Part shown: positions 1-12,649 of the stretch, piece by piece
Position numbering within the stretch: the stretch's first letter is position 1
Layout of the letters: each line of letters opens with the position of its first letter
Assembly (NCBI GenBank): GCA_977017645.1
Contig: OZ360224.1
Coordinates: forward strand, 54,560,001-54,624,000
DNA length: 64,000 nt
Reading direction: 5' to 3'
Source: Torpedo marmorata
Taxonomy: Eukaryota
Program-made: the position numbers and the translations under genes
Notes under the pieces: generated by a model
What the model was told of the DNA's origin: nothing
What the model saw: only the letters and a program-made list of their open reading frames with translations
Database searches by the model: none

Positions 1-3000
1 TATTTCCTCTTCCAAAATGTACAACCGTGAATTTCTCAACATTATATCTCATCTGCCATTTCTTTGCCCACTCTTCTAAGCTGTCCAAGTCTCTCTGCTA
101 CCTTTCGATTTCGTCAACACTTTCTACTCCACCACCTATCTTGATGTCATCCACAAACTTAGCCAAAAAACCATTCAATTCGTAATCTAAATCATCTATA
201 TACATTGTAAAAAGAAGCGGTCCCAACACCGAGCCTTGCGGAACACCACTAGTAACCGGCAACCAACCAGAACAGGATCCCTTTATTCCCACTCTTTGCT
301 TCCTGCCTATCACCCAATGCTCCACCCAATCTAATATCTTTCCTGTAATTCCATGAGCTCTCATCTTATTAAGCAGCCTCTTATGCGGCACCTTATCAAA
401 GGGCTTTTGGAAATCCAAATACACAACATCCACAGCCTCTCCCTTGTCTATCCTACCTGATATCTCCTCAAAAAATCCAATAGGTTGGTCAGGCAGGATC
501 TTCCCTTCATGAAACCATGCTGGCTTGGACCTATCATGTCATTCACCTCGAGGTATTTCATAACCTCGTCCTTGAGGATCGACTCCAAAATCTTACCAAT
601 AGGCCTATAATTTCCTTTTTTCTGCCTCCCTCCTTTCTTAAACAGCGGAACTACATTTGCGACCTTCCAATCCTCCGGAATCATGCCGGAGTCTATTGAT
701 TTCTGAAAAATCATTTCCAATGCCTCTACAATCTCCAAAACCACCTCCTTCAGAACCCGTGGGTGAACCTCATCTGGTCTGGGAGACTTATCTATATTTA
801 GTCCATTCAGCTTACCAAGCACTATCTCCCTAGTAATCCTAACTGTACTTAATTCTATTCCCTGCGTCCTCTGAATATCAGGTATATTGCTATTGTCTCC
901 GTCAGTGAAGACTGACGCAAAATATTCATTTAGTTCCTCTGCCATCTCTTGGTTACCCATTATAATTCCTCCAGCATCATTTACAATCGGTCCTATATCT
1001 ACTCTTGTCTCTCTTTTACTCTTTATATATTTGAAAAAACTCTTAGTATCCTTTTGTATATTATTTGCCAACTTCCTTTCATAATTCATCTTTTCTTTCC
1101 TAATGACTTTCTTTGTCTCTTTCTGTAAGTTTTTAAAAGTTTCCCAGTCCTCTGATTTTCCACTAGTTTTTGCTTCTTTGTATGCCCTCCCTTTTGCTTT
1201 TATTTTAGTCTTAACCTCTCTAGTATCCACATTTGTGCCATTTTTCCATCCATAATTTTCTTTTTTCTTGGAATATATTTATCCTGCACTTTCTTTGTTT
1301 CGTTTTTTTAATATATTATTTAAAATTTTTAAATACACATTACATAGTTTAAAATGCAAAATTATCAAATTACATGTGATACATTTTCACCCCCCCCTCC
1401 CTCCCTCCCTCCCCTGCCTAACCCTCCCGAAAAGAAAGAGAGAAAGAAAGAAGAAAAGGATAAAGTAAGGAGAATGTCACCCTAAACAGAACAACAATAA
1501 ACTAATTTTATTGTGGAACACAGGTTCGCCAGTCAGATCCAATATCCGGAGATTTTCAAATCCTTAAACCAACAGTTTTTATATATGGGCTCCATATTTT
1601 CAAAAATAGATGATATTTATTACGTAAATTATAAGTAATTTTTTCAAGTGGTATACATGAATGAAGTTCTGCATGCCATCTTTCTAACCCTAAATCTACA
1701 TCAGGTTTCCATGTAATAGCAATGCATTTCTTAGAAACAGCTAAAGCAATACGTAAAAATTCTATTTGATACATATTTAATTTCATCTTAACACTAATTG
1801 TTTTAATATCTCCAAACAATAATATCATAGGATCCATTGGGAGTGTAATTCTTAATACTTTATCTAAAAACTTTTAAACTTTCAACCAAAAATCATATAC
1901 TTTTGGACAAAACCATGTAGAATGTACAAAAGAACCTTCCTCTCTATTACATCTAAAACATAAACCGGATAATGTCGGATTAATTTTCTTTAATTTTTTA
2001 GGTGTTAAGTATAATTGATGAAAAAAATTATATTGCACTAATCTATATCTAACGTTAATAATCTTCGTCATACTTTGTTTACATAATTCTTTCCAATGTT
2101 CTTCATCTATTGTTACATTCAAATCTGATTCCCAATTTAATCTTGATTTATGAATTCCTAGTTTAGGCATTTTCCTCTGTAACAATCTATACATTTGAGA
2201 AATAAATTTATTTACACCTCCATTAGTAACTAATAATTCCAATTCACTCTGTCTTGGTTAAGTCAAACTATAGCCCAACCTTTCAACTAAAAATGCTCTG
2301 ATTTGATAATAAGCAAAAAGTGTATTATTTGATACATTAAACTTATCTTTCATTCTTTGAAAAGTAATAAATTTACCAGCTTCAAAACAATCATTTATTT
2401 TCTTAATTCCCTTTTGGAACCAAATTTTAAATAATTGGTTATCAACAGTAAATAGAATAAGTTTATTTTGATACAGAGGCATTTTTCGAGAAATTAGCCC
2501 TTTCGCTCCTATCTCTCTATCCACTCTATTCCATATTTCTAACAATTGTTTAAAAATAGGAGAGTTTTTCCCCCTTGCTAATAATAATTTAGAATACCAT
2601 TTATAAATAACTTCTTCTTTCAAATCTTCTCCTATATTATTTAATTCTATTCTAATCCAAGCAGAAAATTTTCCTAAATCAAACATTTCATTAATAAATT
2701 TTAATTGGGCTGCTTTGTAATAATATTGAAAATTAGGAAGTTGTAAACCACCCATTTCATAATTCCAAGTTAATTTCTCCATACCTACTCTAGCCAACTT
2801 TCCTTTCCACAAAAATTTCCTAATAATTACCGGGTAAATTTAAATCTTTAAAAAATTTTTGAGGAATTTCATAAGGAATTGATTGAAAAAGATATTGAAT
2901 TCTCGGAAAAACATTCATTTTAATACAATTTACCCTTCCCATTAAAGTTATAGGTAAATCCTTCCAACTCTCCAAATCCTTTTTAATATTCACAAATAAT

Positions 3001-3535
3001 GGTAAATAATTTAATTTATATAGATTAGTTAATTTTGTATCAATCTTTATTCCCAAATATTTAATTCCTTCCTTTGACCATTTAAATTGTGTAATTTCTT
3101 TACATTTACTATAATCCCCTTGTGTTAATGCCATAATCTCACTTTTATCAGAATTAATCTTATAACCAGATATTTGCCCATATTCTCTCAATAAAACAGT
3201 CAATTTCATTAAAGAAGCAATAGGTTTTGTACTTTCTTTATTTCTTGTAAAAATATCATCCAATTCTGCTCTGCCGTCCCTTCATCTAGCTTACTTTTCC
3301 AGTCAACCTGGGCCAGTTCTTCTCTCATACCACTGAAATATTGACACACCTGATCTTAGCTTTCCTTTTTCAAATTTGAAACTGAACTCAATCATATTGT
3401 GATCACTACTTCCTAAGGGCTCCAATACCCTTAATTCCCTAATCACCTCAGGTTCATTACACATCACCCAATCCAACACCGCCGATCCCCTGGTGGGATT
3501 ATCAACAAGCTGTTCCAAAAAGCCATCCCTTAGGA
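1..3535 (-). mobile_element. CR1-clade LINE, degenerate ORF2 (late endonuclease to RT), interrupted by an L1-a insertion at 1302-3230
   Basis: ORFs 3303-3518 (PTRGSAVLDWVMCN, PLGSSDHNMIEF), 448-1230 (PEDWKVANVVPLFKKG, NYRPI, SQHGFMKGRSCLTNL) and 98-433 ([31 protein letters not shown]) are CR1 ORF2 motifs, broken by frameshifts and deletions. Runs off the window start. Confidence 0.9.
1302..3230 (-). mobile_element. L1-clade LINE family L1-a, copy 1, 5'-truncated (RT thumb, C-terminal zinc knuckle, 3'UTR)
   Basis: ORFs 2820-3263, 2258-2812, 1874-2242 (CFRCNREEGSFVHSTWFC) and 1556-1837. A-rich tail at the left end. 14-bp TSD actttctttgtttc (1288-1301) / actttctttatttc (3231-3244), one mismatch. 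Confidence 0.92.
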
Positions 3536-3557
3536 TTATACTGATAACTGATTAACA

Positions 3558-3810
3558 GGTGGCATGGTTAGCGTAGCAGTTAGTGCAATGCTGTTACAGC
3601 GCCAGCGATCGGGGTTCGACTCAGGCGCTGTCTGTAAGGAGTTTGTACATTCTCCCCGTGTCTGCATGAGCTTCCTCTGGGCGCTCCGGTTTCCTCCCAC
3701 CCTTCAAAAATGAACGGGGTTGTAGGTCAATTGGGTGGCATGGGCTCGAGCGCCGAAAGGGCCTGTTACCGTGCTGTGTGTCTAATTTTTTTTAACATTT
3801 TTTTAAATTT
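3558..3810 (+). mobile_element. tRNA-derived V-SINE (HE1-like)
   Basis: tRNA-like head with A box and ggttcgact B box, V-domain-like core (ggagtttgtacattctccccgtgtctgc...ctccggtttcctcccac), CR1-like 3' end (ggcctgttaccgtgctgt) and A/T tail. Three further copies occur in the window. Confidence 0.85.
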
Positions 3811-4875
3811 AAAAATTGAGAATACTCACAACAGAACTAAGGGAAGCACAGCAGGGAAGGGATTTGTATCAGATGCTGCACAAAGCTATCTTAAAAGGCA
3901 AATTTCCAATACCCAGGCAACAATCCTGTCACACAGGAGCCTTTTTTCTTAGTACTCACACAACATTGCAGTGCACCTGAGGAAAGGGATCATTTCCCAA
4001 ATGTCTAATATGACTTATTGGTTTTGTCCACATGGTTACTGCATATTTTATTTCTGTGGCTTGTTGCAGGCAATCCTATTCAACACTGAAGTAACAAATA
4101 TTGCAGTGGTTGTTTGCCTATTAAAGTAGAACACAATCCAGATAAAAAATAAATACGTTGTAGTTCACCTTCCTTAAAATAGTTCTGTATTCTGGGAAAA
4201 ATTAACATGAGATTGTTTTACCCTTCATTTTAGATTTCTGTTTATTATTAGCTGATCACTTTTGTTAAAATAGAAGAATAAAACTGCAATTTCCTCAATT
4301 ATCATTGAACGTGCAGACTTAGTATAAAAATCTTAGGTTGGCTTTTGATATAATTTGCTTGTAAATACCAAATGCATTTAACACATTGTGATAGAAGAAT
4401 AAGTCACGATATTAACCTTTACATGAAACAATGAAGGTGATTGCTGCAAAAACAAGGTATTTGAATTTGATTCCTCCCTTCGCCCCTCCAGGAACCAGCA
4501 TTGTAGGAGGGAGGGTTATTGGAGAGGCGGGAAGTGGAGCAGGTCAGGTTGAAATAGAGCAGAGAAATAAACTCCCTCATTAAGATGTCACTCCTTTATA
4601 CGACACATGCCGTTACCCCCAAATGGAGGTGGAATGAATTCTCTTCATTTGCACCCTATGACCAGAGGAGCAATGAATCTGCCAGGATCAGAAGTGGTAG
4701 GGAGTTTGAAGGAAGCCTTTCAGCAAAGTTATCAAAGTGTAACACAGGTCCAGCTGCTCTTGCTGTTGTCAAAGAAAGGACAGACAATGACTGCAAATAT
4801 ACTCGCCAGTTGACAGCATTCTCAGTCAGGTATCTCTGACCTCCTATTCCTCTGAACATAAGAATATAAAAAATA

Positions 4876-7007
4876 TATCGCCAAAATTTTCTTTGACACG
4901 TTCTACGAGACAGGGATGTCCCCTGTCACCAGCTTTATTTGTTTTGGCGATAGAACCTTTGGCTGAATTAGTTAGAAAAGATCCTAAAATAGTGGGTATT
5001 AAAGTTGGTATGGAAGAACATAAGATCAGTTTGTTTGCAGATGATGTATTGATATATATGACAAAATCTATTATATCACTTCAACAATTATCTATTATAT
5101 TAAGAGAATATGGTGAAATATCTGGATATAAAATTAATTCAGATAAGAGTGAAATAATGGCTTTATCTCAAGGTGATTATACTAGATGTAAAGAAATAAC
5201 ACAATTTAAATGGGCTAAAGAGGGAATTAAATATTTGGGGGTTAAGGTTGATACAAAATTGGAAAACTTATATAAATTAAATTATTTACCATTATTTGTG
5301 AAAATAAAGAAAGATTTAGAGAATTGGAAAGATTTACCCATAACTTTAATGGGAAGGGTAAATTGTATTAAAATGAATATTTTTCTAAGAGTTCAGTATC
5401 TTTTTCAATCAATTCCTTTTGGAATTCCTCAAAAAATTTTTAAAGATTTAAATTTTATTATTAGGAAATTTTTGTGGAAAGGAAAGTTAGCAAGAGTAAG
5501 CATGGAAAAGTTAACTTGGAATTATGAGTTGGGTGGATAGCAACTTCCTAATTTTCAAAATTATTATAAAGCAGCCCAATTAAAATTTGTTAATGAATTT
5601 TTTGATTCAAATAAAACTTCTGCTTGGATTAAAATAGAATTAAATAATATAGGAGAAAATTTTAAAGAAGAGATTATTTATAAATGGGATTCTAAATTAA
5701 TATCAGTAAAAAAGAAAAATTCACCGATTATTAAACAATTGTTAGAAATATGGGGTACGTTGGATAAAGAGATAGGTGGAAGAGGATTAATTTCTTCAAA
5801 TATGCCACTATATCAAAATGGACTTATACCATTTACTGTTAATAATCAATTATTTAAAATTTGGTTTCAAAAAGGTATTAAGAAGATTAATGATTGTTTT
5901 GAAGCTGGAAGATTTATTACGTTTCAAAGAATGAAAGATAAATTTAATATATTAGATAATACATTTTTAGCTTATTATCAAGTTAAAGCTTTTTTGACCG
6001 AGAAATTAGGTCATGCTTTGATTTTACCAAGACAAAATGAACTAGAATTATTAGTTACTAATGGAGAAGTTAATAAATTTATTTCTCAAATGTATAAATT
6101 GTTTCAGAGGAAAATGCCTAAAATCGGATTGCATAAATCAAGATTAAAATGGGAACTAGATTTAAATGTAAATATAGATGAAAATCATTGGAAAGATTTA
6201 TGTAAGTTAAGTATGACGAAAATTATTAATGTTAGATATAGATTAGTACAGTATAATTTCTTTCATCAATTGTATTTAACACCTAAAAAATTAAAGAAAT
6301 TTAATCCGACATTATCAGGACTATGTTTTAGATGCAATAATGAGGAAGGTTCTTTAGTTCATTCTACATGGTTTTGTCCAAAGATTCAAGATTTTTGGTT
6401 GAAAGTTAAAAATTTTTTAGATAAAGTATTTAATATTACATTTCCAATGGATCCTATGTTATTTTTATTTGGAGATATTAGAAAATTTAGTATTAAAAAG
6501 AAATTAAATATGTTTCAAGTGGAATTTTTACGAATTGCTTTAGCGGTTTCGAAAAAATGCATTGCTATTACTTGGAAATCTGATTTAGATTTAGGATTAG
6601 AAAGATGGCATGCAGAGCTTCGTTCGTGTATACCACTGGAAAAAATTACTTATAATTTACGTAATAAACATCATTTCTTTATGAAAATTTGGAGCCCATA
6701 TATGAGAGCTGTGGGTTTAGGGATTTGAAGATCTCTAGATATCGGATCTACTGGCATACTTGACCTCCGTAATAGAATTAGTTTATAGATGATATTCCCC
6801 TTATACTATCTTTTCCTTTCTTTTTTTTTCTATTTTTATTTTTATTTTTACTTACATTACTAGATTAGTGGGGATGGGGGGGTTAGGGAGGGGAGGGAGG
6901 TGGGGGGGTGAAAATGTATCACATGTATTTTGATGATTATATATTTTATTTTATGTATTTTGTGATTAAAAAGTTTAAATAAAATAATTTAAAAAAATTT
7001 AAAAAAA
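4876..7007 (+). mobile_element. L1-a copy 2, 5'-truncated, inserted in the 3' tail of a minus-strand CR1
   Basis: ORFs 4893-5540 (TRQGCPLSP, LFADD) and 5739-6728 (CFRC...HSTWFC). G-rich 3'UTR, AATAAA and A tail. Perfect 16-bp TSD aagaatataaaaaata at 4860-4875 and 7008-7023. Confidence 0.95.
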
Positions 7008-7023
7008 AAGAATATAAAAAATA

Positions 7024-7170
7024 GAAGCAGGAGTAGGCCATCTGGTCCGTCGAGCCTCCTCCGCCATTCAATGAGATTATGGCTGATCTGATGATAGGCT
7101 CATCTCCACCTACCTGCCTTTTCCCCATATCCCTTCATTCCCCCACTATGTAAAAATCTATCCAACCTGG
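7024..7170 (-). mobile_element. CR1 3'-end fragment (tail continues at ~4853-4875)
   Basis: Reverse complement matches the plus-strand CR1 3' end at 39288-39474 (atcagccat..tc..attgaatggcggag..ggctcga.gg..c.g.tggcctact). Confidence 0.8.
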
Positions 7171-7294
7171 TTCAACCTTGTCTGCTGGCCTTATTTCTGA
7201 GTCTGGGGCAGAGTATAAATGTCAGAGGTGAGGGGCTGAGCCCACTGTCTCCTGCGCTCCACTTCATGCCAGAAAGTAGAATGCCCCATCTACT

Positions 7295-9740
7295 TAGAAC
7301 ATAGAACACTACAACAAAGAACAGGCCCTTTGGCCCTCAATGTTGTGCTGACCCATATATTCCTTAAAAAAAGTACTAAACCCTTCCTACCTCGTAACTC
7401 TCTATTTTTCTTCCTTCCATGTGCCTGTCTAGGAGTCTTTTAAATGCCCCTAATGTTTCAGCCTCCACCACCATCCCTGGCAAGGCATTCCAGGCACCCA
7501 CAACTCTCTGCGTAAATAAACTTACCCCTGATGTCTCCCCTAAACTTCCCTCCCTTCAATTTGTACACATGTCCTCTGGTGTTTGCTATTCCTGCCCTGG
7601 GAAACAGGCGCTGGCTGTCCACCCCATCTATGCCTCCCATAATCTTGTAGACCTCTATTAAGTCTCCTCTCTTCCTTCTACGCCCCAAAGAGAAAAGTCC
7701 CAGCTCTGCTAACCTTGGCTCATAAGACTTAATTTCCAATCCAGGCAACATCCTGGTAAATCTCCTCTGCACCCTCTCCATAGCTTCCACATCCTTCCTA
7801 TAATGAGGTGACCAGAACTGAACACAATACTCCAAATGTGGTCTCATCAGAGATTTGTAGCATTGCAACATGACCTCTCTTGAACTCAATCCCCCTATTA
7901 ATGAAGCCCAGCATCCCATAGGCCTTCTTAACTATCCTATCAACCTGTGCGGCGACCTTGAGGGATGCATGGATTTGGACCCCAAGGTCCCTCTGTTCAT
8001 CCACACTCTTAAGTAACCAACCATTAACCCTGTACTCAGCCTTCCAAAATGCATCACCTCACACATAACTGGATTGAACTCCATCTACCACTTCTCCGCC
8101 CAACTCTGCATCCTGTCTATATCCTCTTGTAACCTTCGACAACCTTCAGCTCCATCCACAACTCCTCCAACCTTCGTATCATCTGCAAACTTCTGACCCA
8201 TCCTTCTGCCTCTTCATCCAGGTCATTTATAAAGATCACAAAGAGCCGGGGTCCCAGAACAGATCCTTGCGGTACTCCACTAGTCACTGACCTCCAGGAA
8301 GAATACTTTCCTTCCACTACTACTCTCTGATTTCTACCTGCAAGCCAATTTCCATATAACCATATATATATAACCATATAACAATTACAGCACGGAAACA
8401 GGCCATTCGGCCCTTCTAGTCCACACCGAACCAAACACTCCTCTCTAGTCCCACCTACTTGCACCCTGCCCATAACCTTCCACCTCCTTCTCATCCATAT
8501 ACCTGTCCAACTTTTTCTTAAATAATAAAATTGACTCTGCCGCCACTACTTCTCCCGGAAGCTCATTCCACACCGCTACCACTCTCTGAGTAAAGAAGTT
8601 CCCCCTCATGTTACCTCTACACCTCTGCCCCTTAACTCTTAACTCATGTCCTCTTGTTTCAATCTCTCCTACTCTTAACGGAAATAGTCTATCCACATCC
8701 ACTCTGTCTATCCCTTTCATAATCTTAAATACCTCTATCAAATCCCCTCTCAACCTTCTACGCTCCAAAGAATAAAGACCTAATCTGCTCAATCGCTCCT
8801 TGTACGCTAGATGCTTAAACCCAGGTAACATTCTGGTAAATCTTCTCTGCACTCTCTCCACTCTGTTGATATCCTTCCTATAATTTGGCGACCAGAACTG
8901 CACACAGAACTCTAAATTAGGCCGCACCAACGCCTTATATAATCTCAACATCACTTCCCAACTCCTATATTCTATGCAATGATTGATAAAGGCCAGCATA
9001 CTAAAAGCCTTCTTCACCACCCTATTCACATGAGTTTCTACCTTCAGGGAACGATGCACCATTACTCCTAAATCTTTCTGCTCTTCTGTATTCATCAATG
9101 CTCTCCCATTTACTACGTATGTCCTGTTCGGATTCTTCTTACCAAAATGAAGCACCTCACACTTATCAGCATTAAACTCCATTTGCCATTTTTCAGCCCA
9201 CTTTCCTAAGCAGCCCAAATCCCTCTGCAATCCTTGAAAACCTTCTTCATTATCCACTATTCCACCTATCTTAGTATCATCTGCATATTTACTAATCCAG
9301 TTCACCACCCCATCATCTAGATCATTAATGTATATAACGAACAACAATGGGCCCAATACAGATCCCTGAGGCACCGCTGGTCACCGGCCTCCAACCTGAC
9401 AGACAATTATCCACTACCACTCTCTGGCCTCTCCCTTTCAGCCAATGTTCAATCCATTTGACTATCTCAAAATTTATACCTAAAGACTGCACCTTCCTAA
9501 CTAACCTTCCATGCGGAACCTTATCGAAGGCCTTACTGAAGTCCATATAGACAACATCCACCGCGCTACCCTCATCCACATTCCTAGTCACATTTCTAAT
9601 CCACACAGCCAAGGTTCCATGGATCCCATGCCTCATGACTTTCTCAACGAGTCTCTCATGAGGGACCTTGTCAAATGCCTTGCTAAAATCCATATGGACC
9701 ACATCTACCACCCTACCCTCATCAATTTCTTTTGTTACCA
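7295..9740 (-). mobile_element. CR1 LINE 3' half, hosting a second CR1 at 8353-9591
   Basis: ORFs 7458-7919 (RPHLEYCVQFWSPHYRKD), 7798-8004, 8117-8494 ([10 protein letters not shown]) and the upper part of 9325-9756. Short tandem tail (tagaacatagaac) at ~7295. Confidence 0.88.
8353..9591 (-). mobile_element. CR1 LINE of a different subfamily, nested in the same orientation inside another CR1
   Basis: ORF 8445-9374 (QGSVLGPLLF, KYADDTK, RPNLEFCVQFWSP). (tataacca)-type tail at 8353-8381. Short TSD atttc at 8348-8352 / 9592-9596; the host reading gcaagccaatttc|taatccacac rejoins across it. Confidence 0.88.
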
Positions 9741-9808
9741 TGAATGAGTCACTCACCTCGAAAGGAAAGCTGAAGTTGTATATTATTTAAAGACACTTCC
9801 AATACTTA

Positions 9809-10467
9809 CCGTATATACTCGTGTAATTGTCGATACCGTGTAATAGTCGACCCCCCTTTTTTGGCCCAAATATCGGGTGTTTTTTGTATGACCCATGTAA
9901 AGATCAACCCCCCTATTTTTGGCCTTGGCCGCCCGCCCATCCGAGCTCCCGATGCTCCGACCGCAGATCTTCGCCCCCGCTGCCCGCCCATCCGAACTCC
10001 CAACCGTGGATCCTCGCCCTGATGCCCGCCCATCCGAACTCCCAACCGCGGATCCTCACCCTGACGCCCGCCCATCCGAACTCCCAACTGCAGATCCTCG
10101 CCCTGACGCCCGCCCATCCGAACTCACAAACGCGGATCCTCACCCTCGCTGCCCACCCATTGAACTCCCGACCACAGATCCTCGCCCCGACGCCCGCCCA
10201 TTGAACTCCCGACCGCGGATCCTCACCCCGACGCCCGCCCATCCGAACTCCCGACCGCGGATCTCGTCCCAGCCGCCCACCCATCTGAGCTACCGACGCC
10301 CCGACCATGAACTTACCACCCGGTCCCAGCCATCCGAGCTCCCGACACCTTGAACAACGCAGGTACTCATTAGGTCAAAAGTTTGACCCATGTGAAAGTC
10401 GACCCCCCCCCCTTTTTTGCCCCAAAAAGTGGTCCAAAAGATTCAACGATTACATGAGTATATACGG
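9809..10467. mobile_element. Non-autonomous Tc1/mariner-superfamily (pogo/Tigger-like) MITE
   Basis: ~25-bp terminal inverted repeats: ccgtatatactcgtgtaattgtcga versus the reverse complement of the right end, ccgtatatactcatgtaatcgttga. TA dinucleotide on both sides (9807-9808, 10468-10469). No transposase ORF. Confidence 0.85.
9930..10348. repeat. GC/CpG-rich minisatellite, ~42-bp unit, about 9-10 copies
   Basis: Unit cccgcccatccgaactcccaaccgcggatcctcgccctgacg, visible as a 14-aa repeat (ARPSELPTADPRPD) in ORF 9919-10353. Confidence 0.92.
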
Positions 10468-10924
10468 TATTTGTAATCCATTTTTATAATTTTTCGATAG
10501 TTTTGAACTGTTTAGAATGGTCTCATTTGCGAGCAGTAAGCTGCTAACAGGCCATTAAAAGCCGAGAAGTGTTGGGACTCAGGATTTAATGGCAGAGACC
10601 CACGACCTGATCATGGAGCCATGTGACACCAAGGCCTGGTGTTCAACCAGACCCGCAGAGGCACGAAGGTGCATGTGGATGGGAGAATGGGGTGTGGATG
10701 GGAATGTGGAACAAGCCATTATCACATCATAGGCTCCTGTTAAAAAAATTTCACTTCTCCTCGAACAGGACAGAAGCACATGTCAGCATAACCGGTGGAA
10801 AAATGATCCATCGAAGACTATTTCTCGCAGATCACACCCACGGCATGATCACTGATACCTCCTCCTCCCCTCCCAACCACTTGTAAGGACAAGGAGGAAG
10901 AGAAAGGTGAATTCCCAGACTCAA

Positions 10925-11095
10925 GCAACACACAAAATGCTGGAATAACTCAGCAGGTCAGGCAGCATCCATGGGAGGTGAAAGATGGTCAATGTTTTGA
11001 GCTGAAACCTTTCATCAGGAATCTTGTTTACATGAATTCCCAAACTGTTTTTTTTTTCTTTTTGCTATATTCCTGCTGCTCTCCAGCATCACTTG
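10925..11095 (-). mobile_element. Old Penelope terminal-repeat derivative with a decayed hammerhead-like motif
   Basis: acacaaaatgctggaataactcagcaggtca matches the Penelope repeat at 17940-18070. Minus strand reads ctgatgaaaggtttcagctcaaaac. Confidence 0.6.
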
Positions 11096-11364
11096 GCAGG
11101 ATCCAATAAGAGCAAAAAGATCCTGTGAAGTCCATGGAGGCAGAGAGTCTTTTTCTATCCAGCTCATTGAGGGGGGAAAATACTGAGGAATACTGAGGAA
11201 CTGAAGGGATTGCTCCACCAACATGGACCCTGTAGGCTCAGAGAGCCAACATACAGTAGATGTTTAGATGTGAGTATAATTCCTGTAAACTCTATTTAAT
11301 TCAGTTCTTGGGTGATGAGCCCTTCTTTGTTTCCTCCCGCCTCATCCCCATCACTGCCTGCAAT

Positions 11365-11600
11365 AGAGATACAGCACAGTAGTACACACTTCCGGCCCAC
11401 TGGCCTGCACTGCCCAAGTACATCCGTGTGACCAAATAACCTACAAACCCCGTACGTCTTTGGAACATGGGAGGAAAACGGAGTACCCGGAGGAAACGCA
11501 CACAGTCACGGGGAGAATGTATAAACTCCTTACAGGCAGGGGTGGATTCAAACGTGGGTCTCTGGTACTGTAATAGCTTTGTGTTAACCGAGACATTACC
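11365..11600 (-). mobile_element. tRNA-derived V-SINE (HE1-like), diverged
   Basis: Reverse complement aligns by eye with the SINE at 3558-3810 (V-domain tgggaggaaaacggagtacccggaggaaac...acggggagaatgtataaactcc). Confidence 0.8.
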
Positions 11601-11740
11601 CTAATTACTTTGTCATTTATTCTTAATGATCCCACAGCTATATTTTGTTTTCTATGAAAGATATAAATGTACGAATTAGGAGCAGGAGAGGGCCCACTCC
11701 CTTTTTCAATAAAATGAGGTTGATCTGATTGTAACCTCAA

Positions 11741-12304
11741 TCACGAAGAAGGCTCGCCAGCTATACTTCATGAGGAGTTTGAGGAGATTCGGTATGTCAC
11801 CGAAGACTCTCAAAAACTTCTACAGGTGTACCGTGGAGAGCATTCTGGCTGGTTGCATCACTGCCTGGTATGGAGGTGCCAACGCTTAGGACAGGAAAAA
11901 ACTCCAGAGGGTTGTTAACTCGGCCTGTGACATCACAGGCACCAGTCTTCACTCCATCGAGGACACCTACAATAGGTGGTGTCAAAAGAAATCAGCCTCT
12001 ATCCTTAAGGACCCTCACCACCCAGGCCATGCCCTCTTCACTCTGCTACCATCGGAAAAAGGTACAGGAGCCTGAAGACAAGCACTCAGCAGTACAAGAA
12101 CAGCTTCTTCCCCTCTGCCATCAGATTCCTGAATGAACAATGAACCACACACACTGCCTTACTTTGACTTTTTCCTGCACTATTTTTTCAAATTTATTGT
12201 GTAAGGTGATTTACAGTGTATATATATGTTTGCACTGTGATGCTGCCACAAAACAACGAATTTCATAACATGTTCATGATAATAAATTTTGATTCTGATT
12301 CTGA
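11741..12304 (+). mobile_element. Rex1/Babar LINE 3' fragment, inserted in an old minus-strand CR1 3' end (~11670-12630)
   Basis: Encodes KKARQ.LYFMRSLRRFG...FYRCTVESILAGCITAWYG...DPHHPGHALF. AATAAA followed by a (gattct)n tail. Confidence 0.85.
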
Positions 12305-12649
12305 AATTCCTGATTGTCACCGGTAACCTTTCACCCCTTTGCTTATCAAGAATCCATTTACCTCCACCTCAAAATATTCAAAGATTCATCATCCTTTGCC
12401 TTCTAGTTACAAAGAATCATAATTTTCTGAGAAAAAAAATCACATCATCTCTGACTTGAATAAATTAATCATTATTTGTTTAACAATGAGCCTTAACTCT
12501 AGATTCTCCCTGAAGAGGAATTGTCCTCCCTGTATTCAATTAACAGCTATAAACAGTAACAAGCTGTTACCTTTTCTAATTATGTGTGGCACCAGCATAC
12601 TGGCCTTTTGAGAACTGTACACCAGGATATCTAGATCCCTCTGCATCGC

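Noticed and set aside
3558-3635. tRNA-like sequence
   Set aside because: It is the head of a SINE present in four copies, not a tRNA gene.
4585-4859. Three short overlapping ORFs in unique sequence
   Set aside because: No recognisable domain and no convincing splice-site pair.
9806-10353. Four overlapping ORFs with repetitive Pro/Gly-rich peptides
   Set aside because: Artefact of a GC-rich 42-bp tandem repeat inside a MITE. The units are contiguous with no unique spacers, so it is also not a CRISPR array.
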